A stretch of 64,000 nucleotides of DNA, taken from the IMG/VR virus record IMGVR_UViG_3300008108_000011, positions 128,733 through 192,732 of that record; one strand, 5' to 3'. Position numbers and translations under genes: made by a program. Each line of letters opens with the position of its first letter. The first letter of the stretch is position 1. The notes below the pieces were generated by a model. The model was given only the letters and a program-made list of their open reading frames with translations. It was not told the DNA's origin and made no database searches. This stretch comes from a virus. Positions 10,397-19,119 of this stretch are shown here, one piece after another.

Positions 10397-11146
10397 ATGA
10401 ATAATAATTTCTGGGATTATAGTGTAATCGAAAACAAAATTGAATTAAATAGTGTTCATAGTATTTTTTCTATTCCTCTTTTCGAAAGTACTATTATGGT
10501 TTCGAATATTGATGAAATAATGTCTGACTTAACAAACAAATATAACTCATCTGATGGCGAAGAACTTTTGTCTTCAAATGGTTCTGTTCTTTCTCCTCTA
10601 GAAGCAGAAAAGCAGAATAATGTATCAGTCAGAGATTCAATTTCATATTATAGTGAAGATACTTTACACACTCAATCACTTTATAAAGAATTAGTAACTT
10701 CAATTGAATCTATAACAAAAAATATTTTTGATTTGTATGAATATGATTCTATTACCCCACAAGTAGTAACAATGTGGGGGAATGTTCTCGGAAACAAGGG
10801 TTATATACATGCTCACTCACATAGCAATTCTATGTTTTCTGGTGTATGGTATCCAGAAGATCCACCAGAAACAGAAGAAGGTTCCTTATCAAATTATATC
10901 AAATTTATTGATCCAACAAGAATTAAATTCTTTTTCATGCCACAGATAAAGAAAAAAAATCCATTGAATTCTGGAGAAATTTTTATAAAGCCTAGAAAAG
11001 GAATGTGTTTGATTTTTCCATCTTGGTTAGAGCATGATACTATTCCAAATGAAAATCCATATTTAAAAAGATATAGTATTTCATTTAACATTTTCCCCAA
11101 AGGAACTTTGGGATATCCAAATTCATTAAATCGCCTTACGTTATGA
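10397..11146 (+). CDS. 2OG-Fe(II) oxygenase (TIGR02466-like)
   Basis: HSH...SGVWY, FPSWLEH and RYSISFN motifs. Confidence 0.8.
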   Translation: MNNNFWDYSVIENKIELNSVHSIFSIPLFESTIMVSNIDEIMSDLTNKYNSSDGEELLSSNGSVLSPLEAEKQNNVSVRDSISYYSEDTLHTQSLYKELVTSIESITKNIFDLYEYDSITPQVVTMWGNVLGNKGYIHAHSHSNSMFSGVWYPEDPPETEEGSLSNYIKFIDPTRIKFFFMPQIKKKNPLNSGEIFIKPRKGMCLIFPSWLEHDTIPNENPYLKRYSISFNIFPKGTLGYPNSLNRLTL

Positions 11147-11793
11147 GCACTCTTGAAATATTCCCACAAGCTATTGGGAAGTATTCTTTTGATTATGAAA
11201 GTAAAATTAAAATTAAAGATCTTTGTTTTGAGATAATCAAAGAGAACTCTTTTTCAAAAAACAAAGATAGCAATAATTTATATCATTACTGCAATACTAA
11301 CAAAGAAAATTTATTAAATTTAGAGCAGTTTAAATGGTTTGAAGAAAAGATCTCAAGATTTGCTGCCGACTATATTGAAAATATTTTAGGGTATGAGTTA
11401 AAAGATGGTGTGGTAATTACAGACTGCTGGATGAATTTATGTCAAAGTAATGGTGATCAGTTTCTACACAACCACGGTAATTCATTTATTTCGGGAACAT
11501 ACTATGTAAATTTCAACCCAGATGTTCATGGTAAATTAAAATTCCAAAATCAAAATATGATGTCAGGAATGAACTCTGCTCCTTATCTAGAATTAACAAT
11601 TAAAAAGAATACAAAGTATAACTCTGGAGGAGCAATAATGAATTATAATGAAGGTGATGTATTGCTATGGCAATCACATTTAATTCATGGATATAGTGGT
11701 AATAATTCAGACAATCGCATTAGCATCTCATTTAATATTATGCCCAAACATTTTTATAATAACTCATATTCATTTAAGGTAGTTAGAGAATGA
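11143..11793 (+). CDS. 2OG-Fe(II) oxygenase (TIGR02466-like)
   Basis: HNHGNSFISGTYY, WQSHLIH and RISISFN motifs. Confidence 0.8.
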   Translation: MSTLEIFPQAIGKYSFDYESKIKIKDLCFEIIKENSFSKNKDSNNLYHYCNTNKENLLNLEQFKWFEEKISRFAADYIENILGYELKDGVVITDCWMNLCQSNGDQFLHNHGNSFISGTYYVNFNPDVHGKLKFQNQNMMSGMNSAPYLELTIKKNTKYNSGGAIMNYNEGDVLLWQSHLIHGYSGNNSDNRISISFNIMPKHFYNNSYSFKVVRE

Positions 11794-12458
11794 TATTAAT
11801 AGAAAATGATTATCTCGAAAGAGTTTGCCTGATTAATAAAGATGCAAAAATTGAAGAAGTTGTATACGATGGAGTTAAATTTAAGTGTATTAGAAACTTT
11901 CTGAAAAACCCAGAAGAATACATCGAGTTAATTCAGCAATTTCCAGCAACTAGAGATCACACATATTCTCCTGGTTTCAGACAAGACATCCCACCATGGG
12001 CGGCTAAATTTATTACTCTCTATATTCAAGAACATGTAGGTCAATGGAAACCTGCTAGAGTTTCATGTAACATTTACAGTGGTAATATGTTGATGAAAGA
12101 ACATTCAAATTTACCACATTCTGATCCGTTCTATGGTATTTGGAACTTATGGTTAAACAAAAAATGTTTAGGTGGAACTGCTTTTTGGGCACATAAAAAT
12201 AAGTTGCATGTTAGTGAGTTGTCAGAAGATGAATACAATCATCTTTTTGAAAAACCTCTCATGGGATCTGGATATGAAAAGTGGAAAAACTTCAAAGGAG
12301 ATGAAGACTGGAAGATGACATGTATTGCTCCTATGGAGTATAACACGCTTCTATTCTATAATGGAGGATTTTTCCATTCTCCATGGATTCAAGAAAGCTG
12401 GTATTTGGATGAGTATAGATACAGTATGGTTGGCATGGGAGATTTTGAAAATGTTTAG
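11790..12458 (+). CDS. Putative 2OG-Fe(II) oxygenase (DUF6445-like)
   Basis: PHSD (HxD), GGTAFW, YNTLLFYNG..FHS and a terminal R. Confidence 0.65.
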   Translation: MILIENDYLERVCLINKDAKIEEVVYDGVKFKCIRNFLKNPEEYIELIQQFPATRDHTYSPGFRQDIPPWAAKFITLYIQEHVGQWKPARVSCNIYSGNMLMKEHSNLPHSDPFYGIWNLWLNKKCLGGTAFWAHKNKLHVSELSEDEYNHLFEKPLMGSGYEKWKNFKGDEDWKMTCIAPMEYNTLLFYNGGFFHSPWIQESWYLDEYRYSMVGMGDFENV

Positions 12459-14136
12459 TTTACCAATTAATCCAAAGATCGATGAGAACTTTGCTAATAA
12501 TATTCTCATTCCTTTTCTAAAAAAATACAAGGAATACATCTTTGACTTATATTTCACTTGTCGTATGCCTCCCTTTATGCAGGATGCCATGGGTGATGTA
12601 TTTGAAGATGACTTGAGGCAGACAACCTTCAATGCTCTGTATATTTCAAAGCAAACTGGTATTCCTCTGTCTGCTACGTTCAACAATCCGTATGTAAGAC
12701 CAACGCAAGAAAATTTGGATTTGTTTATCAACAACTTCAAATACATCTACGAAGCTGGTGTTAGAACAGTAACTCTTCCCCATACTTCATGGATGCTTAC
12801 AGGTCAAATTCAAAAAGAGATGCCAGAACTTTATGTCAAGAATACTATTCTACATGAAGTATCGAAGGCAAATGATATTGTCTCACTTGCTAAAGCAGGT
12901 TTTCATTACATCAATCTCGATAGAGATTTAATGAGAGATCAAGACCAACTCAGGCGTCTCAAGGAAGCAAAAGATTATTGTGCTTCCATTGGAAAACCAG
13001 TCAAGTTCTCCATGCTTGCTAACGAGGGATGTTGGGGTGGATGCCCTATCATGCCTGAGCATTACCATTATAATAACACAAGAGAAAATCACGAACCACC
13101 ATACTTCGGTAATATTATCAGTCGTGTATCGTGTTCTAAGTGGGAGCAGCAAGATAGCTCAGCAGTTTTGAAGTCAGCAAATTTACCACCTTGGAAAAAG
13201 GATTGGGAAGAGATGTTTGATCTTGGTATTGATGTTTTCAAACTACATGGCAGAGAAAGTGTAATGCGTTTGAAGGAGAGTATGGATATTATTCATCGCT
13301 GGGCGAACGATGAAGAACTTCTATTCCCAGAACTCAATACTTATATCGAAAATAAGAGTTTGAAGGAAAGACCTATCGATATCTGGCGCGAGAAGATCAA
13401 AACTTGTAAGTTTGATTGTTGGGATTGTAACTACTGCGAGGCAGTAATTGACGCCCATCACAAAAAGCAAGATAGAGTTCTACACCCACTCGTTCAACTT
13501 ACCCTCGATGCTATTGACAAATCAGCAACTGGCGATACAAAATTCAATCCACAAGGATTCAATATCGAAGGATTATCTTCTGATAGAGTTCGTCATTTCC
13601 TCAACCACCTCTGCTCAGATTCTAAGAATACCTACTTAGAGATTGGTTGCTATACTGGTAGCACATATTTCGCTGCTATCATGGGAAATGATATCATGTC
13701 GTATGCTGTGGATAATTTTGCTGCCCCCATTGCTCCTGCCAGAGATGATATTGAATGGAAGGGGTGTGAGAATCCAAAAGCAGAATTGGCAAGAAACAAC
13801 ATCTTGTTTGGCAGTTTAAAATCTGTTATAATAGACACAGATGCTAGGCAACTCAATGCTTCGCATTTTTCCAAAAAACCCAACATCATATTCTATGATG
13901 GAGAGCACGATGAACAGCAAATAGATTGTTTGAATACTTTATTACCAAATTTACAAAATACTTTTATATTGGTAGTAGATGATGCAAACTTTGACGGAGT
14001 TGTTCGGGGAACCGAAAAATTTGTAGGTATAAATAATCTACGAATACTATTTGAAAGGCAAATAATTACGCCTCAAATAGAAGACGCCACAAGTTGGTGG
14101 AATGGATTACACATTTTAGTTCTATCAAAACCCTGA
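12451..14136 (+). CDS. U32-family (UbiU/V, RlhA, TrhP-like Fe-S) domain fused to class I SAM-dependent methyltransferase
   Basis: Likely start is the ATG at 12451 (GGAGA ribosome-binding site, overlapping the upstream stop), not 12325. N-terminal domain has INLDRDL, LANEGCWGGCP, VSC, FKLHGRE and CKFDCWDCNYC. C-terminal domain has YLEIGCYTGST, FYDGEH and VVDD. Confidence 0.7.
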   Translation: MFSLPINPKIDENFANNILIPFLKKYKEYIFDLYFTCRMPPFMQDAMGDVFEDDLRQTTFNALYISKQTGIPLSATFNNPYVRPTQENLDLFINNFKYIYEAGVRTVTLPHTSWMLTGQIQKEMPELYVKNTILHEVSKANDIVSLAKAGFHYINLDRDLMRDQDQLRRLKEAKDYCASIGKPVKFSMLANEGCWGGCPIMPEHYHYNNTRENHEPPYFGNIISRVSCSKWEQQDSSAVLKSANLPPWKKDWEEMFDLGIDVFKLHGRESVMRLKESMDIIHRWANDEELLFPELNTYIENKSLKERPIDIWREKIKTCKFDCWDCNYCEAVIDAHHKKQDRVLHPLVQLTLDAIDKSATGDTKFNPQGFNIEGLSSDRVRHFLNHLCSDSKNTYLEIGCYTGSTYFAAIMGNDIMSYAVDNFAAPIAPARDDIEWKGCENPKAELARNNILFGSLKSVIIDTDARQLNASHFSKKPNIIFYDGEHDEQQIDCLNTLLPNLQNTFILVVDDANFDGVVRGTEKFVGINNLRILFERQIITPQIEDATSWWNGLHILVLSKP

Positions 14137-14143
14137 GGATACT

Positions 14144-14338
14144 ATGGATACAACACAACTTAAAGAAAACTTCACCACTCAACTTACTACTGTTGATGGT
14201 CAAATTGCGAAACTAGAAGAAGAACTAGCAAAAGCAAAAGAATATCGCCTCAAGCTACAAGGTGGATTAGAGACTCTAGACCTTCTTAATCCCCCCACAG
14301 AAGAAGAAACAGCAACGGAAGAAGTAGCAGCAGAATGA
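14144..14338 (+). CDS. Small coiled-coil protein (64 aa)
   Basis: GAGGA ribosome-binding site; heptad pattern IAKLEEELAKAKEYRLKLQGGLETL. Confidence 0.6.
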   Translation: MDTTQLKENFTTQLTTVDGQIAKLEEELAKAKEYRLKLQGGLETLDLLNPPTEEETATEEVAAE

Positions 14339-14342
14339 TTTC

Positions 14343-14837
14343 ATGACTTATGAAATCATTGATGATTATTTGCCACCAGTTGTTCATCAAAATTTATACA
14401 ATTTTTTGATGAACAACATGTTTCCGTGGCAATTTGTTAATGCAGTAAATAGCGAAGATGAAGATAAAAATTTTGTAAATAATTTTTATTTTATCCATCT
14501 TTTCTATGGAATGCACAAACCAACCAGCGAACATTTTGAATTGGTAGTTCCTTTACTAAACAAATTAAATCCAAAAGCTTTAATGAGAATAAAGGGTAAT
14601 CTTTATACTAGAACAGAAAATTTGGTTCATCACTCTCAACATTCCGACTATAAATTTAAACATAAAGCAGCAATATATTATGTCAATGATAATGATGGTT
14701 ACACCATTCTTCACGATGGAACCAAAATAGAAAGTGTTGCTAATAGAATGTTATTGTTCGATGCTTCAAGATTACACAATTCAACAAACTGCACCAACAC
14801 AAAAGTTCGCTGCAATATAAACTTCAATTATTTTTAA
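14343..14837 (+). CDS. 2OG-Fe(II) oxygenase (prolyl-hydroxylase-like)
   Basis: HSD (HxD), YYVN..DGYT, ANRMLLFD...LH and RCNINFNY motifs. Confidence 0.8.
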   Translation: MTYEIIDDYLPPVVHQNLYNFLMNNMFPWQFVNAVNSEDEDKNFVNNFYFIHLFYGMHKPTSEHFELVVPLLNKLNPKALMRIKGNLYTRTENLVHHSQHSDYKFKHKAAIYYVNDNDGYTILHDGTKIESVANRMLLFDASRLHNSTNCTNTKVRCNINFNYF

Positions 14838-14880
14838 TATAAATACCCTTCTTATAAATACATAAGAAGGGATTTTTTAT
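14838..14880 (+). promoter_or_regulatory. Two tandem late promoters (TATAAATA at 14838 and 14853), the second embedded in a terminator-like hairpin
   Basis: Stem CCCTTCTTAT (14846-14855) / ATAAGAAGGG (14862-14871), followed by ATTTTTTAT; lies upstream of gp13. Confidence 0.75.
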
Positions 14881-14890
14881 AGGGCTTTAC

Positions 14891-15703
14891 ATGTCAGCAT
14901 CAAAGCCAGCAACCAGAGAGGAGTTAAAGCAATACTGCCTCCGAGAGTTAGGCAAACCAGTTTTAGAAATCAACGTAGCAGATCAACAACTAGAAGATCG
15001 CATTGATGAAGCTCTGCAGTTTTTCCAGGAGCGTCATTTTGACGGTATGGATAAAATGTATCTAAAACATACGTTAACTCAAACCGAAGTAGATAGATTT
15101 AAAGGAAATAATATCACACACAACACATCAGAAGGTGACGTGTGGACTGAACGAGGTAACTACTTAGATTTACCAGATCATATTATTGGCGTAGAAAAAG
15201 TATTTGGTGTAACCTCTAGCAGCATTCGTGGAGATCTCTTTGGTATCGAATATCAAATCTTCCTTAATGACCTATACGCTTTTGGTTCGATTGATATTCT
15301 AAACTACTACATGGTTAAGAGTTATATCGAAACACTCGATATGGTTCTGAATACAGGTGCTCTGATTCGCTTCAGATTTACCAAGAGAGATGGTCGTCTC
15401 TACATTGACTATGATCCTCAGATGCTAACTAAGGATAAGATTCTTATCATCGAGTGCTATAGAGCATTGGATCCCACAGACCTCACAAAGATTTGGAATG
15501 ACTTCTGGTTAAAGAGATATACCACTGCACTATTCAAGCGTCAGTGGGGGCAAAATCTTATCAAGTTTAATAATGTTCAACTACCTGGCGGTGTCTCACT
15601 CAATGGTCGTCAGATTTATGAGGATGCAATCAGAGAGATTGAAGATATCGAATCTAAGATTATTTCTGATTATGAACTACCACCACTAGATATGATTGGA
15701 TAA
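14891..15703 (+). CDS. gp13: Neck protein gp13
   Basis: PATREELKQYCLRELGKPVLEINV and QWGQNLIKF..QLPGGVSLNG motifs; first gene of the T4-like head-tail module. Confidence 0.9.
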   Translation: MSASKPATREELKQYCLRELGKPVLEINVADQQLEDRIDEALQFFQERHFDGMDKMYLKHTLTQTEVDRFKGNNITHNTSEGDVWTERGNYLDLPDHIIGVEKVFGVTSSSIRGDLFGIEYQIFLNDLYAFGSIDILNYYMVKSYIETLDMVLNTGALIRFRFTKRDGRLYIDYDPQMLTKDKILIIECYRALDPTDLTKIWNDFWLKRYTTALFKRQWGQNLIKFNNVQLPGGVSLNGRQIYEDAIREIEDIESKIISDYELPPLDMIG

Positions 15704-16602
15704 TGGCAAAGAGTCAATACTTCCCCCAGTATGGTGGGAACACATCAGAACAAACATTAGTGCAAGATCTTGTAGACGAACAGATCAAACTGTTTGGGCA
15801 AGATGTTTACTATGTTCCAAAAACAATGTTGATCGATAAAACCTTGAATGATGTAATTCTTTCAAAGTTTGAAGACAAAGTAATGATTGAAATGATGCTC
15901 ATTAATGTAGAAGGTTTTGGTGGTTCTGGTGCGGTAGCAATGTCTAAGTTCGGTCTCAGATTATCTGACGAGATCACATATGCTGTATCCAAAAGAAGAT
16001 GGATCAACTATGTAGAAACAGAGATTGATACAAGAGTTCCTAATAGACCGAATGAAGGAGATCTTCTTTATGTTCCTATGACAAACAATCTTTATGAGAT
16101 TAAGTTTGTTGAAAGAGAAGTTCCTTTCTATCAGTTAGGTAAAAACTATATTTTTGCTTTGACTTGCGAACTCATCGAAAACGCAGACAACTATTTCGAT
16201 ACTGGAGATCCTGTCATTGATGATCTCACACAAGAATCTCATGTCTTCCCAGTCTTCATGAAGACTGGTGGAACAGGTGTATTTACTCCAGGGGAGATTG
16301 TAGAGCAAACATACACAGTTGACGGTGCTCCTGTTACAACAACTGCCACAGTTGCTGACTGGAATCCTACTACACGCAAACTAAGATTGACATATATAAA
16401 TGGTGTATTAAAGCCAAACGTTGCTCTAGAAGGGCAAGACAGTGGTGCTACATGGATCGTAGATACATTCTCTACGATTGATTTTGATATTGACAACTAT
16501 GATAATGATCAAAATAAAGTAATGGAAGAGAAAGCAGATGCAATTCTCGACTTCACTGAAGGTAATCCATTTGGTGAATACGGAAATATGGGAGTATTCT
16601 AA
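15703..16602 (+). CDS. gp14: Neck protein gp14
   Basis: EQIKLFGQDVYYVP, KFGLRLSDE, PNEGDL and NPFGE motifs; synteny. Confidence 0.88.
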   Translation: MAKSQYFPQYGGNTSEQTLVQDLVDEQIKLFGQDVYYVPKTMLIDKTLNDVILSKFEDKVMIEMMLINVEGFGGSGAVAMSKFGLRLSDEITYAVSKRRWINYVETEIDTRVPNRPNEGDLLYVPMTNNLYEIKFVEREVPFYQLGKNYIFALTCELIENADNYFDTGDPVIDDLTQESHVFPVFMKTGGTGVFTPGEIVEQTYTVDGAPVTTTATVADWNPTTRKLRLTYINGVLKPNVALEGQDSGATWIVDTFSTIDFDIDNYDNDQNKVMEEKADAILDFTEGNPFGEYGNMGVF

Positions 16603-17399
16603 TGTTAGGAAATCGTTTTTACCACGAAATCATTAAAAAGAATGTAAAGGCATTTGGAACTATTTTCAATAATATTCAAATTGAAAAAAGAGATCCCGAT
16701 ACTAATGCAGTCATTCGCCAGGAAAAGGTGGCACTTGCATATGGCCCTAAGAGTAAGTTTCTTGCTCGCTTAGATCAAGACCCAAGCACTGAGCGTAAGG
16801 TTAGCATTACGATGCCTCGTATCTCTTTTGAGATGACTGGTATCACCTACGACCCATCTAGAAAAACTTCTCCTATACAAAAATATCTGAAAAAACAAGA
16901 TGCAGATTCTGTAAAAGTTCAGTATATGCCAGTGCCATATAATCTTGAGTTTGAACTTGGTATTCTTTCCAAGAATCAAGATGATGCTCTGCAGATTCTA
17001 GAGCAGATTCTACCATTTTTTCAACCATCTTTTAATGTAACAATTAATCTCATTCCAGAAATGAATGAGAAAAAAGATCTTCCAATCATTTTAAATAACA
17101 TCAGTTACGAGGATGATTATGAAGACGATATGATGCGTAGAAGAGCAATCATCTACACACTTTCATTTACATTAAAGACATATATGTATGGTCCTGTTAC
17201 CGATTCCGAAATTATTCGCAAGGCAACAGTATTTGAAACTCTCGGTGATTATCAAGAGCACAGAAGAGCAGTTCGTTACGATGTAACTCCAAGAGCTCTC
17301 ACAGACCAGGATGGAGATAATGATGTAGATGCAGCGGATGATGCACTACTCATGCCAGATGATGACTTTGGATTTAACGAGGGGATTACATTACTATGA
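16602..17399 (+). CDS. gp15: Tail sheath stabilizer/terminator gp15
   Basis: FYHEIIKK..FGTIFNNI, LAYGPK.KFLAR, PRISFE and EQILPFFQP motifs. Confidence 0.92.
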   Translation: MLGNRFYHEIIKKNVKAFGTIFNNIQIEKRDPDTNAVIRQEKVALAYGPKSKFLARLDQDPSTERKVSITMPRISFEMTGITYDPSRKTSPIQKYLKKQDADSVKVQYMPVPYNLEFELGILSKNQDDALQILEQILPFFQPSFNVTINLIPEMNEKKDLPIILNNISYEDDYEDDMMRRRAIIYTLSFTLKTYMYGPVTDSEIIRKATVFETLGDYQEHRRAVRYDVTPRALTDQDGDNDVDAADDALLMPDDDFGFNEGITLL

Positions 17400-17803
17400 G
17401 CACATTTGAAGACAACATGGAAGAGATCTTTGACATAGCACCCATTGAACAAACGACTGAAATGATTACTCAAGCAAATAGTGAGATTAGCGTTGATGCT
17501 AACAAGGATTATGAATATACCAGAGGGCAGTTATACACCCTCATATCACAGGGTCAGGAGGCGGTGCAAGGCGCTTTAGAGGTTGCTCAGGAGTCAGGGC
17601 ACCCTAGAGCATATGAGGTTGCTGTGAACGCTATGAAGCAGGTTGCAGACATGTCTGACAAGTTGATTGATCTTCAGCACAAGATGAAGAATCTAAACAA
17701 GGAAGATAAGAAGTTAACACCAACCACAGTCAATAACACAATGTTTATTGGCACAACGGCAGATCTTCAAAAGATGATTAAAGATGCCGCCAAGAATAAA
17801 TAG
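17396..17803 (+). CDS. gp16: Terminase small subunit gp16
   Basis: DYEYTRGQL...HPRAYEV...GTTADLQKM motifs. Confidence 0.9.
   Translation: MSTFEDNMEEIFDIAPIEQTTEMITQANSEISVDANKDYEYTRGQLYTLISQGQEAVQGALEVAQESGHPRAYEVAVNAMKQVADMSDKLIDLQHKMKNLNKEDKKLTPTTVNNTMFIGTTADLQKMIKDAAKNK
17795..17802 (+). promoter_or_regulatory. Late promoter (AATAAATA)
   Basis: ATAAATA core overlapping the gp16 stop, about 20 nt before the next ATG. Confidence 0.6.
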
Positions 17804-17822
17804 AAAATAAACGGAAAAGACA

Positions 17823-18092
17823 ATGAGAGTTAAAATCTTAGGAAGTGCTGTAACCCTTACAACTACACCCAATGTAGTTGGTTCAACTGCTGTTGATATT
17901 CTACTTGTTCACGATGCTGGCGGTAATACTGGAAGAACAATCACGCTTTATGAAAATGATGGAACTACTGTAGTTGGTTCTTTTTTCTCTAATCCTGGCA
18001 CAGAGATTGTTATTCATAAAAAAGCAGATCAAAAACTCAAAGTTGATACTGGAACAGATGTAAGAGCTACTCCTATTGCTTATTTCTCATGA
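17823..18092 (+). CDS. Hypothetical protein (89 aa)
   Basis: Co-directional ORF after a late promoter; ATGA overlap with the next gene. Confidence 0.65.
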   Translation: MRVKILGSAVTLTTTPNVVGSTAVDILLVHDAGGNTGRTITLYENDGTTVVGSFFSNPGTEIVIHKKADQKLKVDTGTDVRATPIAYFS

Positions 18093-18808
18093 AAAAGAAA
18101 GTTCCTACAGAGAAAGAAATCGCCAAGAAGCATAGTGTCTCTGTTGACACTATTATTAGACAAGCAGAGATTGGTTCTACTGTGGAACGAGAGCATGTCA
18201 CCACACATGAAGAAGCATATGGTATTGCTCTACAACATTTAGATGAGTTCCCAGATTACTACACACACCTACTTAAGATGGAAAAAGAACTAAAAGCACA
18301 ACACAAGAAAAGAACTGTTAAAGAAATGTGGGCAATCTGTGAAAACCATGTAGCAGTTGCCATGGGTAAAGAGATCGATGACGAAGGTGGAATGATTATG
18401 AGTCAACTTGATACTATTGAGAATGCAGTGACTCGTCTTCGCACAGTTGTAAGTGATCCTAAAATGCAACTACCAGGATGGGTGCAGTCTAAAGTAACTC
18501 TTGCTTGCGACTACATTGATACTGCTGCTGACTACATGACAAGTAAGAATGAATCTGTTGAAGTTTCAGAATCTGCTTGGACTCGTAAGGAGGGTCAGAA
18601 CAAAAATGGCGGGCTCAACGAAAAAGGAAGAAAATCTTACGAAAGAGAAAATCCAGGAAGCGACCTTAAGGCACCTTCAAAAAAGGTTGGAAATCCCCGT
18701 AGGGCGTCATTTTGTGCAAGAATGAAAGGTATGCGTAAGAGACAAAAAGATAAGAATAATACTGGCGAAGATCGTCTATCTAAATCTCTTCGTGCGTGGA
18801 ATTGCTGA
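18089..18808 (+). CDS. Modular basic protein, putative capsid internal protein
   Basis: Three apparent modules (EREH...QHLDEFPDYYT; WVQSKVT; GGLNEKGRKSY...SFCARM) separated by VKE and VSE motifs. Confidence 0.6.
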   Translation: MKKKVPTEKEIAKKHSVSVDTIIRQAEIGSTVEREHVTTHEEAYGIALQHLDEFPDYYTHLLKMEKELKAQHKKRTVKEMWAICENHVAVAMGKEIDDEGGMIMSQLDTIENAVTRLRTVVSDPKMQLPGWVQSKVTLACDYIDTAADYMTSKNESVEVSESAWTRKEGQNKNGGLNEKGRKSYERENPGSDLKAPSKKVGNPRRASFCARMKGMRKRQKDKNNTGEDRLSKSLRAWNC

Positions 18809-18830
18809 CATAAAAAGTTACTATTGTAAC

Positions 18831-18858
18831 TTGACAAACATTCATTACCCTATATAAT
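18831..18858 (+). promoter_or_regulatory. Sigma70-type promoter TTGACA-N16-TATAAT
   Basis: Consensus hexamers at 18831-18836 and 18853-18858. The inverted repeat AAGTTAC/GTAACTT (18815-18832) overlaps the -35 box. Confidence 0.8.
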
Positions 18859-18885
18859 ATCATTACCGTATCAAGGTAAGACTCA

Positions 18886-19119
18886 ATGGATACAAAAACC
18901 TGCCCTAAATGTGGGGCGTGCTGGATCGGTGGGCAACACTACTGGGTAGGCACAAATAAGAAGGGTAATGAAACGGAACTCGCTTCATTAGTTTGTGATA
19001 GATCAGGTGATGATACCTGCATCAATCCAGCAAGGGGAACCACCAAAGGAGATGGGTGGGAAAAAAGATTAAATAGTATGCAAGAAATCGAAAAGGATAT
19101 TAGAAGAGCAAATGAGTGA
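18886..19119 (+). CDS. Small Cys-rich (zinc-ribbon-like) protein
   Basis: CPKCGACW...LVC...CIN; overlaps the gp17 start. Confidence 0.65.
   Translation: MDTKTCPKCGACWIGGQHYWVGTNKKGNETELASLVCDRSGDDTCINPARGTTKGDGWEKRLNSMQEIEKDIRRANE

Noticed and set aside
12325-12450. N-terminal extension of the U32 ORF in the ORF track
   Set aside because: It overlaps the upstream oxygenase; the ATG at 12451 has a ribosome-binding site and a typical stop/start overlap.
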